From the NCBI RefSeq assembly GCF_006345805.1, contig NC_043001.1, positions 92,194,001 to 92,258,000 of the forward strand: DNA of 64,000 nucleotides, given 5' to 3'. Positions 1 through 12,003 of the stretch are shown in pieces. A model generated the notes under the pieces. The model did not search any database and was not told the DNA's origin. It saw only the letters and a program-made list of their open reading frames with translations. Every line of letters begins with the position of its first letter. Within the stretch, counting starts at the first letter, position 1. The DNA comes from Octopus sinensis (Eukaryota). A program made the position numbers and the translations under genes.

Positions 1-608
1 AGAGACAGAGAAAGAGAGAGACTTCTAAAGTCATTTCAGTGTTGACTATCTTTATATCCCATGTTGATGATAGTAATGTAGAAATGCATTCATCGGTCCA
101 CAGATGTTTTGAAATGACAACAGGTGTTTTAACACCTGTTGGTTAAAGTGAAAATTTTCTCTGCGACAAACCGCAGTGAAAATGGCATTTTTACAGATCA
201 AATATATGCCAAATATATTTGGAACAATCTAAAAGTTTACACACAAACACACCCCAGGCACACACTCACACAAACACACCCCAGACAACACTCACACAAA
301 CACACCCCAGACACACACTCACACAAACATACTTGGACATATATGTGTATACATATATGTGTATACATATATATGTATAGATCAAAACAGTTTGGTTATT
401 CCTCAACGAGTACCGTAGTGGGTGTCTCTCCATTGTAAACTGTTCGTCAAACGTTTAAGAATGGCGCTCAACGAGTTAGTGGACAAACGAAAGAATGGCA
501 CTCAACACATTTATTGGGAATAACATGTGCGGATCAAAACTGCTTCTGCTTTGATCCATACATGTAACTCCAAATAAATTGTCGAATGCCCTTCTTTTTT
601 GTCCACTC

Positions 609-661
<53 letters not shown>

Positions 662-663
<2 letters not shown>

Positions 664-824
664 CGTAGGTGTGGGTGTGGTGGTGTAGCTTTGCTTACCA
701 ACCACATGGTTTCGGGTTCAGTCCCACTGCGTGGTACCTTGGGCAAGTGTCTTCTGCAATAGCCCCGGGTCGACCAAAGTCCTGTAAGTGGATTTGGTAG
801 ACGGAAACTGAAAGAAGCCCGTCG

Positions 825-867
<43 letters not shown>

Positions 868-1078
868 TTGTATGTATGTATGTATGTATGTATGTATGTA
901 TGTATGTGTGTGCGTGTATATATGTTTGTGTGTCTATGCTTGTGTGTTTACGTCTCCGTAACCTAGCGGTTCGGCAAAAGAGACCGATAAGTGCTGGGGG
1001 TCGATGTGCTCGACTAAATGTGGTGCTCCACCATGGCCACAGTCAAATGACTGAAACAAGTAAAGGAGCAAAGAGTAT
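662..1078 (+). mobile_element. tRNA-derived SINE family B with internal microsatellite
   Basis: Head GGTTCAGTCCCACTGCGTGGTACCTTGGGCAAG, internal (TA)/(TATG)n, tail CAGTCAAATGACTGAAACAAGTAAA. Partial copies at 4748-4851, 13757-13830, 45748-45935, 50236-50300, 55020-55250 and 61905-62090. Confidence 0.88.
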
Positions 1079-1082
1079 ATAG

Positions 1083-1137
<55 letters not shown>

Positions 1138-1799
1138 ATATATATACATATATATAAGTCAACATTTTAATATCTTAAAGCTGATGAATCAACTAATGTG
1201 CTTCTCCATTTTCTAATTGTTATATATACAAACACATATATATATATATATATGTGTGTGTATATATATATATATATGTTTTTGACTGAAGAACGAAGGC
1301 TTTGAATGACCCGTCTGTCTTTTATGTTCGTCCCTTCGTGTATTTCACGTTATTTATTTATGTAAAGGTTTATATATATATATATATATAGTTGCAATGA
1401 ATGTTTGACAGCGACACTTTGATTATTGCCGGCAAACCAAAAGTTTGTAATTACTATCAGTATCCTTTTCCATATAAAATTGAATACGTACTCTACAAAA
1501 GTACTGAGTCATCATCCTTCAGTTTATTTTTAAATTGTTTTTATGTAGCACTTCACTCAATAATACATTAACACACACACACACACACAGAGATACAGAG
1601 AGACATAAACAGACATACATGTATATATGGATATGGTAAAAGAGGGAGAAGAGGGAGAAAAAAATATACGCGAGCATACAATGCGGCATGACTATGCATG
1701 CCATTTACATCTTTAAATATTTATGGGTTGGTCGACTCTGCATCCGTCAAGATAACAAATGTGTTTATTGAAAATACTTTTGTGTTGTAGCTTTGTCTT

Positions 1800-2135
1800 A
1801 GGCATTTATTTTTCATTAGAATAATCCTTGAAAATTTGGGGGAGGGGACTGGTTGATTACATCGTTCCCTGTATTTAACTGGTACTTGGTTTATCGACCC
1901 CGAAAGGATGAAAAGCAAAGTCGACCGCGGCGGAATTTGAACTCAGAACGTAGCGGCGGGTGAAATACCTATTTCTTTTACTACCCACAAGGAGCTAAAC
2001 ACAGAAGAGACAAACAAGGACAGATAAACGGCTTAAGTCGAGTATATCGAACCCAGTGCGTAACTGGTACTTATTTAACCGACCCAGAAAGGATGAAAGG
2101 GAAAGTCGACCTCGGCGGAATTTGAACTCAGAACG
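1800..2135 (-). mobile_element. tRNA-derived SINE family A, dimeric copy
   Basis: Reverse complement of GTTCTGAGTTCAAATTCCGCCGAGGTCGACTTTGCCTTTCATCCTTTCGGGGTCGATAAA, twice. Confidence 0.85.
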
Positions 2136-2386
2136 TAAGAGCAGATCGGATTACCTTTATGAAACCAGGGAAATCACAAACAACTGCTCACTTGGGATCG
2201 AGCTGAAGATATACTGCAATAACAACCACAATAAGAAGCACAACAACAACACTCCCCAACAACAACTGATTTCGTTGTCATATGTGCTTTGTCTCATAGC
2301 GATCAGTTATCTAAGATGTTTCCAGAGAGTGACCAGCAGAGAACGTATGAATGATGAGCAGAGCCGTTTTAACATCAATACAGGGA

Positions 2387-2637
2387 CTATGGTGTGGTAA
2401 ACTTTTAGACCCTAGTCTAGATTTCGAATCCTCTGTACCCCAGGATGGTTTAGCTCTCCACCCGTTAAAAAGCCACCGTTTACGGAATGAGGATAATAAC
2501 GTAGCTTTCGCGCCCGTGCAACCGCCAGTCTATCGCGTGTGGTGGGTGGATTTTCAAGTTGCCACACGCATTCTTAGTAGCTTAGAGTTGGCTCGAATTA
2601 GAGATTATTCTTTGTGGCTAATGGCGTGAGTCCTGAT
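2387..2637 (+). mobile_element. Approx. 250-bp retroposon-like element with a (GAA)n tail, copy 1
   Basis: Reverse complement of 7545-7797, followed by about 32 GAA units. Confidence 0.7.
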
Positions 2638-2639
2638 TG

Positions 2640-2736
2640 GAAGAAGAAGAAGAAGAAGAAGAAGAAGAAGAAGAAGAAGAAGAAGAAGAAGAAGAAGAAG
2701 AAGAAGAAGAAGAAGAAGAAGAAGAAGAAGAAGAAG
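2640..2736 (+). repeat. (GAA)n microsatellite
   Basis: Direct reading, source of the poly-E ORF. Confidence 0.97.
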
Positions 2737-3837
2737 ATGATGATGACAGCAGCATACGTAGATTAGCACTGCGACCTATGACGTCACTGATCACAAAACT
2801 ACCACATGGATGTTATCATACACACCATAATCAGACATACTTTAGCCTTATTACTGCATTTACGTATTTATATAGAAGTAACATCACTTTGTAGGCTCTC
2901 TGATGGATGATTATATATGATGTGTTTAATGCTACTTGATTGGCTCACACCATTCACCAACAATGATTAAGATCAAACTATGTCCCAAGTATAACGGTAT
3001 TGTGAGTCTCTGAACTTGTTGAACCTCGGATCAACAACGGTAAAAAATACAAAACAAAGGCAATTTCTCTCTCTCACATTCTCTCATACTCACACACTCA
3101 CACAAATACACGCACGCACAAAGTACACACAGAAGTACACACACACACGCTCAAATACATACAAACACACAAAGTACACATACACAAGTACATACACAAG
3201 TACATACACACATAAGACGGTGTGGTCTCAGCAGGAACGTCTTTGATCGTAAATATAGACTAAGGTTGTGTACTGGAGTACCTCCTATTTATATTTTTCA
3301 ATGCCTTAGGGGAATTTAGACTCAATACAGCAATTTAACGAAATCACAATTAATCATATAATTGCCCCTACTGCTGAATAAATTTCACATGTAACAACTC
3401 ATATATCCTAATAACAGCGAACTGAGCCTGTGAGAGTCGTATGCGGCTTGTAGACAGCTTGTAAATAGATATAAACCCAATGTGTCGTCAATCGTACTCG
3501 CTCTTCATACGTTATCAACATAACCAGCAACGATTATCTTGAAGTACCTCCTTAGCTTATCAGCATTAGACTTACTTCTCTCGTATCTCCCGCATGATAT
3601 TTGGATTAGCTTCGTGATATTGTGGCTCACTGTTGGCAATTACTACTGCAAAAGTGGTCGTTTTAGGAATTCTGTCATAAAAGGCGAATTAAAATTACAA
3701 TTAGACGCACCGAGTCAACACACTCAACTGCTAGAAACAGAAACCTAATTTCCCTCAGTTCACACTTAATCGCATTAAGATAGGAAAAATACATAGGATA
3801 CACAAACTTACATACATATATACATACATACATACAT

Positions 3838-3877
<40 letters not shown>

Positions 3878-4009
3878 ACATACATACATACATACATACA
3901 TACATACATACATACATACATACATACATACATACATACATAGACGCGTATCCACATATTACTTAAGAAATAAATAGACGTCTTTGTTCCGAGGTATTCT
4001 TCATGAAAT

Positions 4010-4205
4010 CTGACTTGGCTTGGAATTTGGGGGAGCGGACAAGTCGATTACATCGATCTCAGTACTTGACCGGTTCTTTATTTCATCGATCACAAAAGAG
4101 TGAAATGCAAAGATGACCTCGGCGGAATTTGAACTGAGAATGTAAAGAGCCGGAACAAATGCCGCAAAGAATATTCTCCGACGCTCCACTGATACTGACA
4201 GCCCT
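4010..4205 (-). mobile_element. SINE family A
   Basis: Diverged match to family A head and core. Further partial copies near 6130-6375, 12185-12290, 25005-25095 and 50680-50860. Confidence 0.75.
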
Positions 4206-4881
4206 ACTAATCAGGACACAGTGCAGTGTTACCCTATTAGTTAAGCACCTAAGTGAAGGGTACCACTTCAGGTGCTCATCTATCTCAGCAGCTTTGTGAC
4301 ACTTACGTGTGGCACGTATGCCTTCTATTTGACACTACGGGAATGTGCCGTGTGTGTGTATGTGAAGGTCTAAATGGTTTTTCATTATATCGAGATCTAG
4401 AACGAAAAAGGTGTGATATGCTTTATGGATGGAACTGACAGACGGGTAGACGTTGCGGTTGAGTGGTTTACGTGTCTAGACGGAAACAGTGGTAATAAAT
4501 TTCAAACAGCAAACATAGCCGATGCATTTACCCTTGGTATAGAATGCACAATGCATATGAAAATGGGATAGGCTTCAGCTGTTTGAAACTGTGTAGCTTG
4601 TATCAGTAACAAACGAAGGCAATATGAATAGACAAAGTTTTTAAAATGTCTTTCGATGGTATTTGGTTTCATAGCTATGATATCGCCATTTCTTTATTAT
4701 ATGCTAGGATCTTGCTGTCTTGCAATGTTATAGTAAGTAATAGTTTTGTGGATTACAAAAGAATAAGTCTCGGGGTCGAGTTGCTCGATTAAAGGTGGTG
4801 CTCCAGCATGGCCGCAGTCAAATGACTGAAACAAGTAAAAGAGTAAAAGAGTATATATATATATATATATATTTATATATT

Positions 4882-5205
4882 GTCGCTCCGTCGGTTACGA
4901 GGACGAGTGTTCCAGATAATCCGATCAGTGGAACAGCTTGCTTATGAAATAAACGAGCAAATGGCTGACCATCCCACAGACAAGCGAAACCTTAATGTAG
5001 TTCCCAGGGAGATTCAGCGTGCGTGACACAGAATGTGGCAAGGCTGGCCCTTTCAATTAGAGGTACAATTTGTTTTTGCCAGCTGGATGAACTTGAGTAG
5101 CATGAAATAAAGTATCTTGCTCAAGGATACAACACGCCACCGGGTTTGGAACTCACAAGCTTACGATCATGACCCGAATGCCCTAGCCACTAAGCCACGG
5201 GCCTC
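4882..5205 (-). mobile_element. tRNA-derived CORE-like SINE family E
   Basis: Reverse complement of 53836-54155. Confidence 0.82.
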
Positions 5206-5258
5206 CTGACAATATGTCTGCGCGCGCGTGTATGTATATATGTATATATGTATATATG

Positions 5259-5507
5259 TACAAAAATTCTATAATTATGAGTATAATTGTAATTAGTGTT
5301 CAGCAAAATTTGCTTCACCACATACCGAAATTTAGAAATAGCAGCTAAAAACTACTCTTCTACTATTATACTACTGTATTGCTGTCTTGGGCATATCTTA
5401 TAGTAACAGAATAGTAGTTTTTAACTGCTATTTCTAAATTTCGGAATGTGAAGCAAATTTTGCTGAACCCTACTCATAATTATACTCATAATTATAGAAT
5501 TTTTGTA
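5259..5507. repeat. Fold-back/MITE-like element, approx. 100-bp arms
   Basis: TACAAAAATTCTATAATTATGAGTATAATT...AATTATACTCATAATTATAGAATTTTTGTA. Confidence 0.88.
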
Positions 5508-6550
5508 TAAGCTTACCTATAATGGTTCTTTTAACAAAACTAACTACTTGGTAAAATTATTAATTATTAATTAATTAATTAATTAATTTTACCCTTTATT
5601 ACTATTGATATGTATATATGTATGTATGTACGTTCAATCTGAGGATTTGGCCGCTACTCGAACATAAATATATTATCAAAGTTTATGAAATGCATTACTG
5701 TTGCTCTATACCACAAGGCAGTAATTTTTTTAACGTGTATTGAATATCTTCATTGATTTATAGACAGCACCATTTGCATTTGTGTTGTGCATGTTTATAT
5801 AAATATGAGTATATATGTGCGTGTGCGTTTGTACGCATGTGTATATGTGTATGTATTTGTGTGTGTTCAGCATGTTGGCTCAGAGTTTTGTTTCTTCTAA
5901 GATATTTACTCAACCTGAGCTAATATGCAACCAATTGTATCATCATTACTAGCAAAGTAGACAGTATATGAATGAATGGATGTTTGTCAGTTTATATACA
6001 TGTGATTCTTTTATTGGGAAGGTGTGAAAAGAAAGGTTATACAGCAACAAAAGATAGCCAATTTCGTTTAGAAATATGAGTGTTTATAGCTGACATAGAC
6101 AAACCAGAATTTCCTAGCGTTACAATACCACAAATAAATTAAATCAGCCTAAGCGATAACTGGTGCTTGTTTTATTCCACACTCTTGCCAATATCAAAAC
6201 AAGGTGTCATTGTATTAAAAATACAGTATTGGGCTTCTAATTTATTTATTGACCCTGAACGTATGACGGACGATGTTGATCTCGGCGGGATTTGAATTCA
6301 AGGTCAGAGAGCCAAAACAAATGTAGCAGCGCATTTCATCTGAAGTTTTACCGATTCTACCAACTAACTGCCATTTATGTGTGCAATCAAGTATATATGT
6401 ATGTATGTGTATATGTATGTATGTATGTATGTATATATGTATTTATGTATGTATGTATGTATGTATGTATGCATGTATGTATGTATTGTGTGCATCCATA
6501 TATGTAAGTACATATATATGTGTATATATGTATATGTATAATATATATAT

Positions 6551-6582
<32 letters not shown>

Positions 6583-7544
6583 ATTTATGTATGTACGTAT
6601 ATATATATATTATATTAATATATATATGTATGTATGTGTATATATATACACAATTAAAAAATAGGATAAAATCTTTATAAGAAATGATCAAGTAGTAAGC
6701 GTGAAAAACCTCATAAGGGAAAAATTTATTGATATTTCCCTTTAAATATATTTATTTATATTAAGGGCATTACTATACATAAATGCCTCACGCTAGACGA
6801 ACATGCGTGTGTGTATGTAGTGATTACCGTACACAACATTAATGTTGATTTTTTGTTCATTTTTATTTGACTTGATTATGTATGCACTGACGATTAAAAA
6901 GTGCATTTTGTGCACTGGTTATGAAATCATATGATCTTCAGCTGAATCTGTTTTTAAAAGGCCCGCTTAGTGAGTTGCATTCCCTCGCTTTCAGTACAAT
7001 GTGTTTATTATGGTAGTTTTGACTTTAAGAGTCCCTCCTAGCATGAGCCATTTATGAATAGTAATGCCCTTAATATATATATATATATAGATAGAGAGAG
7101 AGAGAGAGAGAGAAAGAGAGGGAGAGAAAGAGAGAGAGAGTGAGAGAAAGAGAGAGAGAGGAAATATAGATACATAGATTTGTGTCTGTATATATATGTA
7201 TATATATGTTATACATTACATGTTATAAACATATGTGTATGTGTGTGTGTGTCTGTGTTTGTGTATATAGTTATATATATGTGCATTTATGTGTTTGCCT
7301 AAGTGTGTGTGTATGTAGTGATTAGCGTACACAACGTTAATGTTTTATAGAGGAGAGCAATGTCTAGAATATACTCTACTGTTGTTACAAGTGCTTGTTT
7401 TTAGTACTCGAGAGGCTTGTAACAAAATGATGTTTGTTGCTGTCATTGTTGCGGTTGTTGTTGTGGCTACTGCTTCTGTTGCCGCTGCACTTGCTGCTGC
7501 TGCTGCTCCTACACCTGCCGATGCTGTTCTTCTTCTTCTTTCAA

Positions 7545-7797
7545 TCAGGACTCACGCCATTAGCCACAAAGAATAATCTCTAATTCGAGCCAACTCTAAG
7601 CTACTAAGAATGCGTGTGGCAACTTGAAGATCCACCCCACCACACGCAATAGACTGGCGGTTGTACGGGTGCGAAAGCTACGTTGTTATCCTCATTCCGT
7701 AAACGGTGGCTTTTTAACGGGTGGAGAGCTAAACCATCCTGGGGTACAGAGAATTAGCAGTCTAGACTAGGATCTGAAAATTTACCACACCATAGTG
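7545..7797 (-). mobile_element. Same (GAA)n-tailed element, copy 2
   Basis: High similarity to 2387-2637, with a short (TTC)n tail at about 7527-7543. Confidence 0.7.
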
Positions 7798-7799
7798 GG

Positions 7800-8025
7800 T
7801 TGCACCACGGTTCCTCTGCTTTGTAGCAGAAGTAGAAAGAAAGAGTGAAAGAAAGTTGTGGTGAAAGAGTACAGCGGGGTTCATCCCCTTCCCACCGGTG
7901 TCTTGTCGAGCTTACATGTTTTTGCTCAATAAACACTCACAATACCCGGTCTGGGAATCGAAACGGCGTTCTTACGACCGTGGGTCCTCTGCACTAACCA
8001 CTGTGCCATTGCGCCTCCACACAAT
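7800..8025 (-). mobile_element. SINE family C, 5' part
   Basis: Reverse complement of the family C head and body. Confidence 0.8.
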
Positions 8026-8220
8026 GCTGTTGTTTAGCCCCTAGTCCACACTAATCCAGCAGAGATATAATCAAATATATATGATGAACACGTTATTTTT
8101 GTGTTTTCTAGGTCTGTGTTCTCTTACGTGTCATTTTTCTTAATCAATACAGTAGCCGTGACACTGTATTTAGGAAAACGCATATCATCCAATATTTCAT
8201 TATTTATTAAGGATAGTAGC

Positions 8221-8305
8221 ATGTATTTTGAAGGAGATTTTGAATCATTGTTTTATAAACCGAGCGACAACGTGGAAGCTCATTTGTTGTCTACTGGAAG
8301 GCAAA
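8221..8305 (+). CDS. Candidate first coding exon of the ETS gene (MYFEGDFESLFYKPSDNVEAHLLSTGRQ)
   Basis: ATG-initiated protein-like stretch. A GT at 8306 gives phase 1 matching exon 9990, but the donor (GTTGAG) is weak. Confidence 0.25.
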
Positions 8306-9159
8306 GTTGAGTGGAAAATCATTTGAAATAAGATCAGCGTGTTACACAAGTGCTTAATATCCGATTAAATCCTTATATAAAATTATAGTTTTACTTCGTT
8401 TATTAGCTCTTGCTACATAAGCGATCTCAGCGGAAATTTTAGATCAGTAACATTCTGCAAAACACATATAGTAAATATTCTTGTCTCCTTTTTCATCATC
8501 TGTGTTGAATTTCATAGTCCATGTGATTGCAGATAGAAAAAACTAGACAGGTGGTTGGTTGATCTTACATGACGTCACTGGCGTGAACGGGTGCGCACAC
8601 TAGCAACAATATTAGCATATGTGGGCATCATTTTCGAGAAGAAAATGCTTTCAACACGATATAAACCATGCCGAAGAAAGCAAATTTTGATTTAGAGCGG
8701 GAAGGAAAGTTAGCATCTATATTTCCACTTGAAATGAAGTTGTAAGATTCTAGTTATTTATCGGAAGATTTTATTGTTGTTCAGTTTCATCTCAGCCCTT
8801 AACATGCAGACATACGATTAATGGATTTCTATCCGAGACCATCTTTATGTTAGTACATCGTGTCTTTCGGTTTTTTTAAAAATACAAGACGCTTGTCACG
8901 CATTTTCAGCGACTGCTTTTAACAGACTGAGAGATCACACTGAGCTTCTCCATTTTATTGTCGTTATATATGTAATGAATTTAAAAATTAACTGTTTTGC
9001 TTATAGAAACAGCAATGATAATAATGAGGGTAATAATGAGCAAGGGGATAGGATAGAAGGGAGTTGAAGTATTTGGAATACACTAACGTGCAGGGAGTAA
9101 TGTTTCACTTGGTGCGTTTGACAAGAATTGGATTATCGGCTTGATGTGTGTCGTGTGAC

Positions 9160-9308
9160 CAACGGTCCAAACATTGAACATCTTTAAACATTCCATAAAA
9201 AAACTTGAAATTACAGGCTTTCAGAATATATCATATGCAATTTTATGTCCTTAATAGTTTTTGAGATATTCAATGTCAAAATGTGCCCAAGACTTCTGGA
9301 ACACCCTG
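9160..9308. mobile_element. Tc1/mariner terminal fragment
   Basis: Ends GACTTCTGGAACACCCTG|TA, the same TIR type as at 30825. Confidence 0.5.
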
Positions 9309-9354
9309 TATAAGAGTTGCGATGTAAATGCAGTCTGTAGATTTATTCGTACAC

Positions 9355-9401
<47 letters not shown>

Positions 9402-9534
9402 ACGCACACACACACACAAACACACACACACACTCACACATACACACACGCACACGCACACACACATTATATATATGCATACATGCATATATATATATAT
9501 ACAAAAACGGACATACATACCATACATATGTATG

Positions 9535-9586
<52 letters not shown>

Positions 9587-9719
9587 ATATATATCACGTG
9601 ATCCCGGGATCACGTGGCCGACCAGACCATCAGATGTTGTTACACATCGCTGGTCCCAATGCGTTCGCATTGTTTTAGCCTTCGAATGACGCCACCCCGC
9701 TGGCTAAGCGAGCAGGCCA

Positions 9720-9757
<38 letters not shown>

Positions 9758-9989
9758 TATACATATAGATAGATTGATAGATATATATACGTATATGTAT
9801 ACGCTTACATATATACATACACACACATATATGTGTACGAATATAGTCTTTGAGAATTAGTTTCATTCTAACATATTTCATATGAATATTGGTTAATGTC
9901 TAATAATATCAATAATTCTTCATAATATGTACGTGCTTACGTTATTTTTGCAAACGATTCTTTCATAAATAATTTCTTTTTGATTCCAG

Positions 9990-10355
9990 AAAACACAAGC
10001 CACGCGGCGCATTACTATCGCAATGATATGCATCCCCTATGGGACCTCTACAACGACGTAGAACAGAAAGATATGTTTCACGGGTCTTCTACAAACCAAT
10101 CCCATGCATTTGCACATACGATGCTTCCAACGACAGAATTAACTCCTGAACAACATCAGCTTCTCTATTTCCGAAATCCACCGTCGTATGAAGAACACAT
10201 GAAAAGATTTCTGACAAACAAGAACCAAGTTGATAATTGCCAAAACACAATGAAAAATGGATATGCTCAGCAGAATTCAACATTCAACTCTGCTTCCAGC
10301 ACCATCGACATGGTTGATCCCTATAAAAGAGATTCAGATGGCTTTTTTAATCCAT
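9990..10355 (+). CDS. ETS transcription factor, N-terminal coding exon (first in-exon ATG at 10028)
   Basis: Acceptor ttttTGATTCCAG|AA at 9989/9990 and donor CCAT|GTAAGT at 10355/10356. 366-nt open frame, phase 1-1, non-repetitive protein-like sequence, in frame with the three downstream exons. Confidence 0.8.
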
Positions 10356-10529
10356 GTAAGTAGTGGAAAATTTGTGATTTTTGATAGAAATCTCAGACCA
10401 ATTCTTCAATTCACAAAGAAAAAAAAATGTAAATGATATATTCATTTCACGTACATACACGAAATCATAAGTTACTGGAATACACACAGTGCTGGTTATG
10501 AATAAATAAATGAATGAATAAATGATGAA

Positions 10530-10589
<60 letters not shown>

Positions 10590-10686
10590 TATTTTATGTA
10601 TGTGTGTATGTGTGTTTATACAATGTATACACACACACATATATTATATTATATATATGTATGTATATATATAATGGAAAACCTCT

Positions 10687-10777
10687 GTAAATGGCTGATG
10701 ATTGCTCAACATTTTAAAACTGTTGTAATACAATATTTAATAAAATGATGTAGCGTGAAACGATCGTACTAAATTAC
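10687..10777 (+). ncRNA. Hammerhead ribozyme motif, copy 1 (minimal type I, long imperfect stem II)
   Basis: CTGATGA 10695-10701, GAAAC 10757-10761, palindromic ACGATCGT, GTA cleavage triplet 10766-10768. Stems I and II are imperfect (T.T at the base of stem II). Confidence 0.6.
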
Positions 10778-10899
10778 CGAGATATTCTTGTTGCTTATTT
10801 TGATTATAATCGCCCCATGGATTTATATGGATAACACCATACAAAATTCTGGTGCATCTAACTTAAGTACCATATTCATCTTAATCTAAATTTTGCTGA

Positions 10900-10945
<46 letters not shown>

Positions 10946-11061
10946 ATAATATATATATAATATATATTTATATGTATGTGTGTATGTGTGTTTATACATA
11001 TGTATACACACAACATATATATATTATATATATGTATGTATATATATAATGGAAAACCTCT

Positions 11062-11151
11062 GTAAATGGCTGATGATTGCTCAACATTTTAAAACTGTTG
11101 TAATACAATATTTAATAAAATGATGTAGCGTGAAACGATCGTACTAAATAC
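11062..11151 (+). ncRNA. Hammerhead ribozyme motif, copy 2 (375 nt downstream of copy 1)
   Basis: CTGATGA 11070-11076, GAAAC 11132-11136, GATC, GTA 11141-11143. Near-identical to copy 1. Confidence 0.55.
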
Positions 11152-11709
11152 CGAGATATTCTTGTTGCTTATTTTGATTATAATCGCCCCATGGATTTAT
11201 ATGGATAACACCATACAAAATTCTGGTGCATCTAACTTAAGTACCATATTCATCTTAATCTAAATTTTGCTGAATTTAATATATTATATATATATATATT
11301 ATATATATATACATACACACACACACACATATATATATATATACATACATACATACTGTATTATATCCGTATGTATTCAGTCATGCTGTGAAATGAAACC
11401 ATATGAGAGTATATACCTATGTACATACATACATACATACATACATACATACATACATACATAGAAAAGAACATGCGTACATAAATACACACATACTTGC
11501 ATATGTACAAGTGGGTAGCTAACGCGCATCTTACAAATACAATGTTTCAACGGAGCAGTAAAATGATGGACGAAATGTTGACAAGCATTTCGCCCGGTGT
11601 GCTATCGATTCCACCAGCTTATCACTTTTATAATAGAAGTAATATATTGAATATGATATATCAGAGAGAACTATTTCCCTATATTTAATTGCTTTTTTAT
11701 GTTTTTCAG

Positions 11710-11751
11710 ATTGTAAATGTCAATCAGGCGTCTGTTACTGTTTTGATCTAG
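11710..11751 (+). CDS. ETS transcription factor, 42-nt Cys-rich microexon (Y)CKCQSGVCYCFDL
   Basis: Strong acceptor ttttttatgtttttCAG and donor CTAG|GTAAAT. Phase 1-1 and open only when joined in frame to its neighbours. Confidence 0.7.
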   Translation: MVNVNQASVTVLI

Positions 11752-11814
11752 GTAAATTTTTTATATTATCTCATTCATGACAATAATGATTTCATATTTT
11801 TCTAAAAGGGCAAC

Positions 11815-12003
11815 CATTTAGGGGGAGGAGATGAGTCGATTACATAGACCCCAGAGTTCAACTGATACTTAATTTATCGACCCTGAAAGAATGAAAGGCA
11901 AAGTCGACCTCGGTGGAATTTGAACTGAGAACGTAGCGGCTGACAAAATACCGCTAAGCATTTCACCCGGTGTGCTAACGATCTTGCTAGCACCTCGCCT
12001 TAC
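11815..12003 (-). mobile_element. SINE family A (in ETS intron)
   Basis: Full head (GGCGAG..GCTAGCAAG..GTTCAAATTCC) and core. Confidence 0.85.

Noticed and set aside
1285-1320. CTGAAGA...GAAT...GTC hammerhead-like string (also GGCC..GGCCGAAAC on the minus strand near 29410-29445)
   Set aside because: Core or stems are too degenerate to distinguish from chance.
2637-2894. Poly-Glu ORF, plus the poly-I/L/N, YI, HT, CV and MYVC ORFs throughout the track
   Set aside because: These are translations of microsatellites.
3576-3671. Possible 96-nt minus-strand exon (IPKTTTFAVVIANSEPQYHEANPNIMREIRE) with AG / GTAAGT
   Set aside because: No recognisable homology and no partner exons found. It needs RNA-seq.
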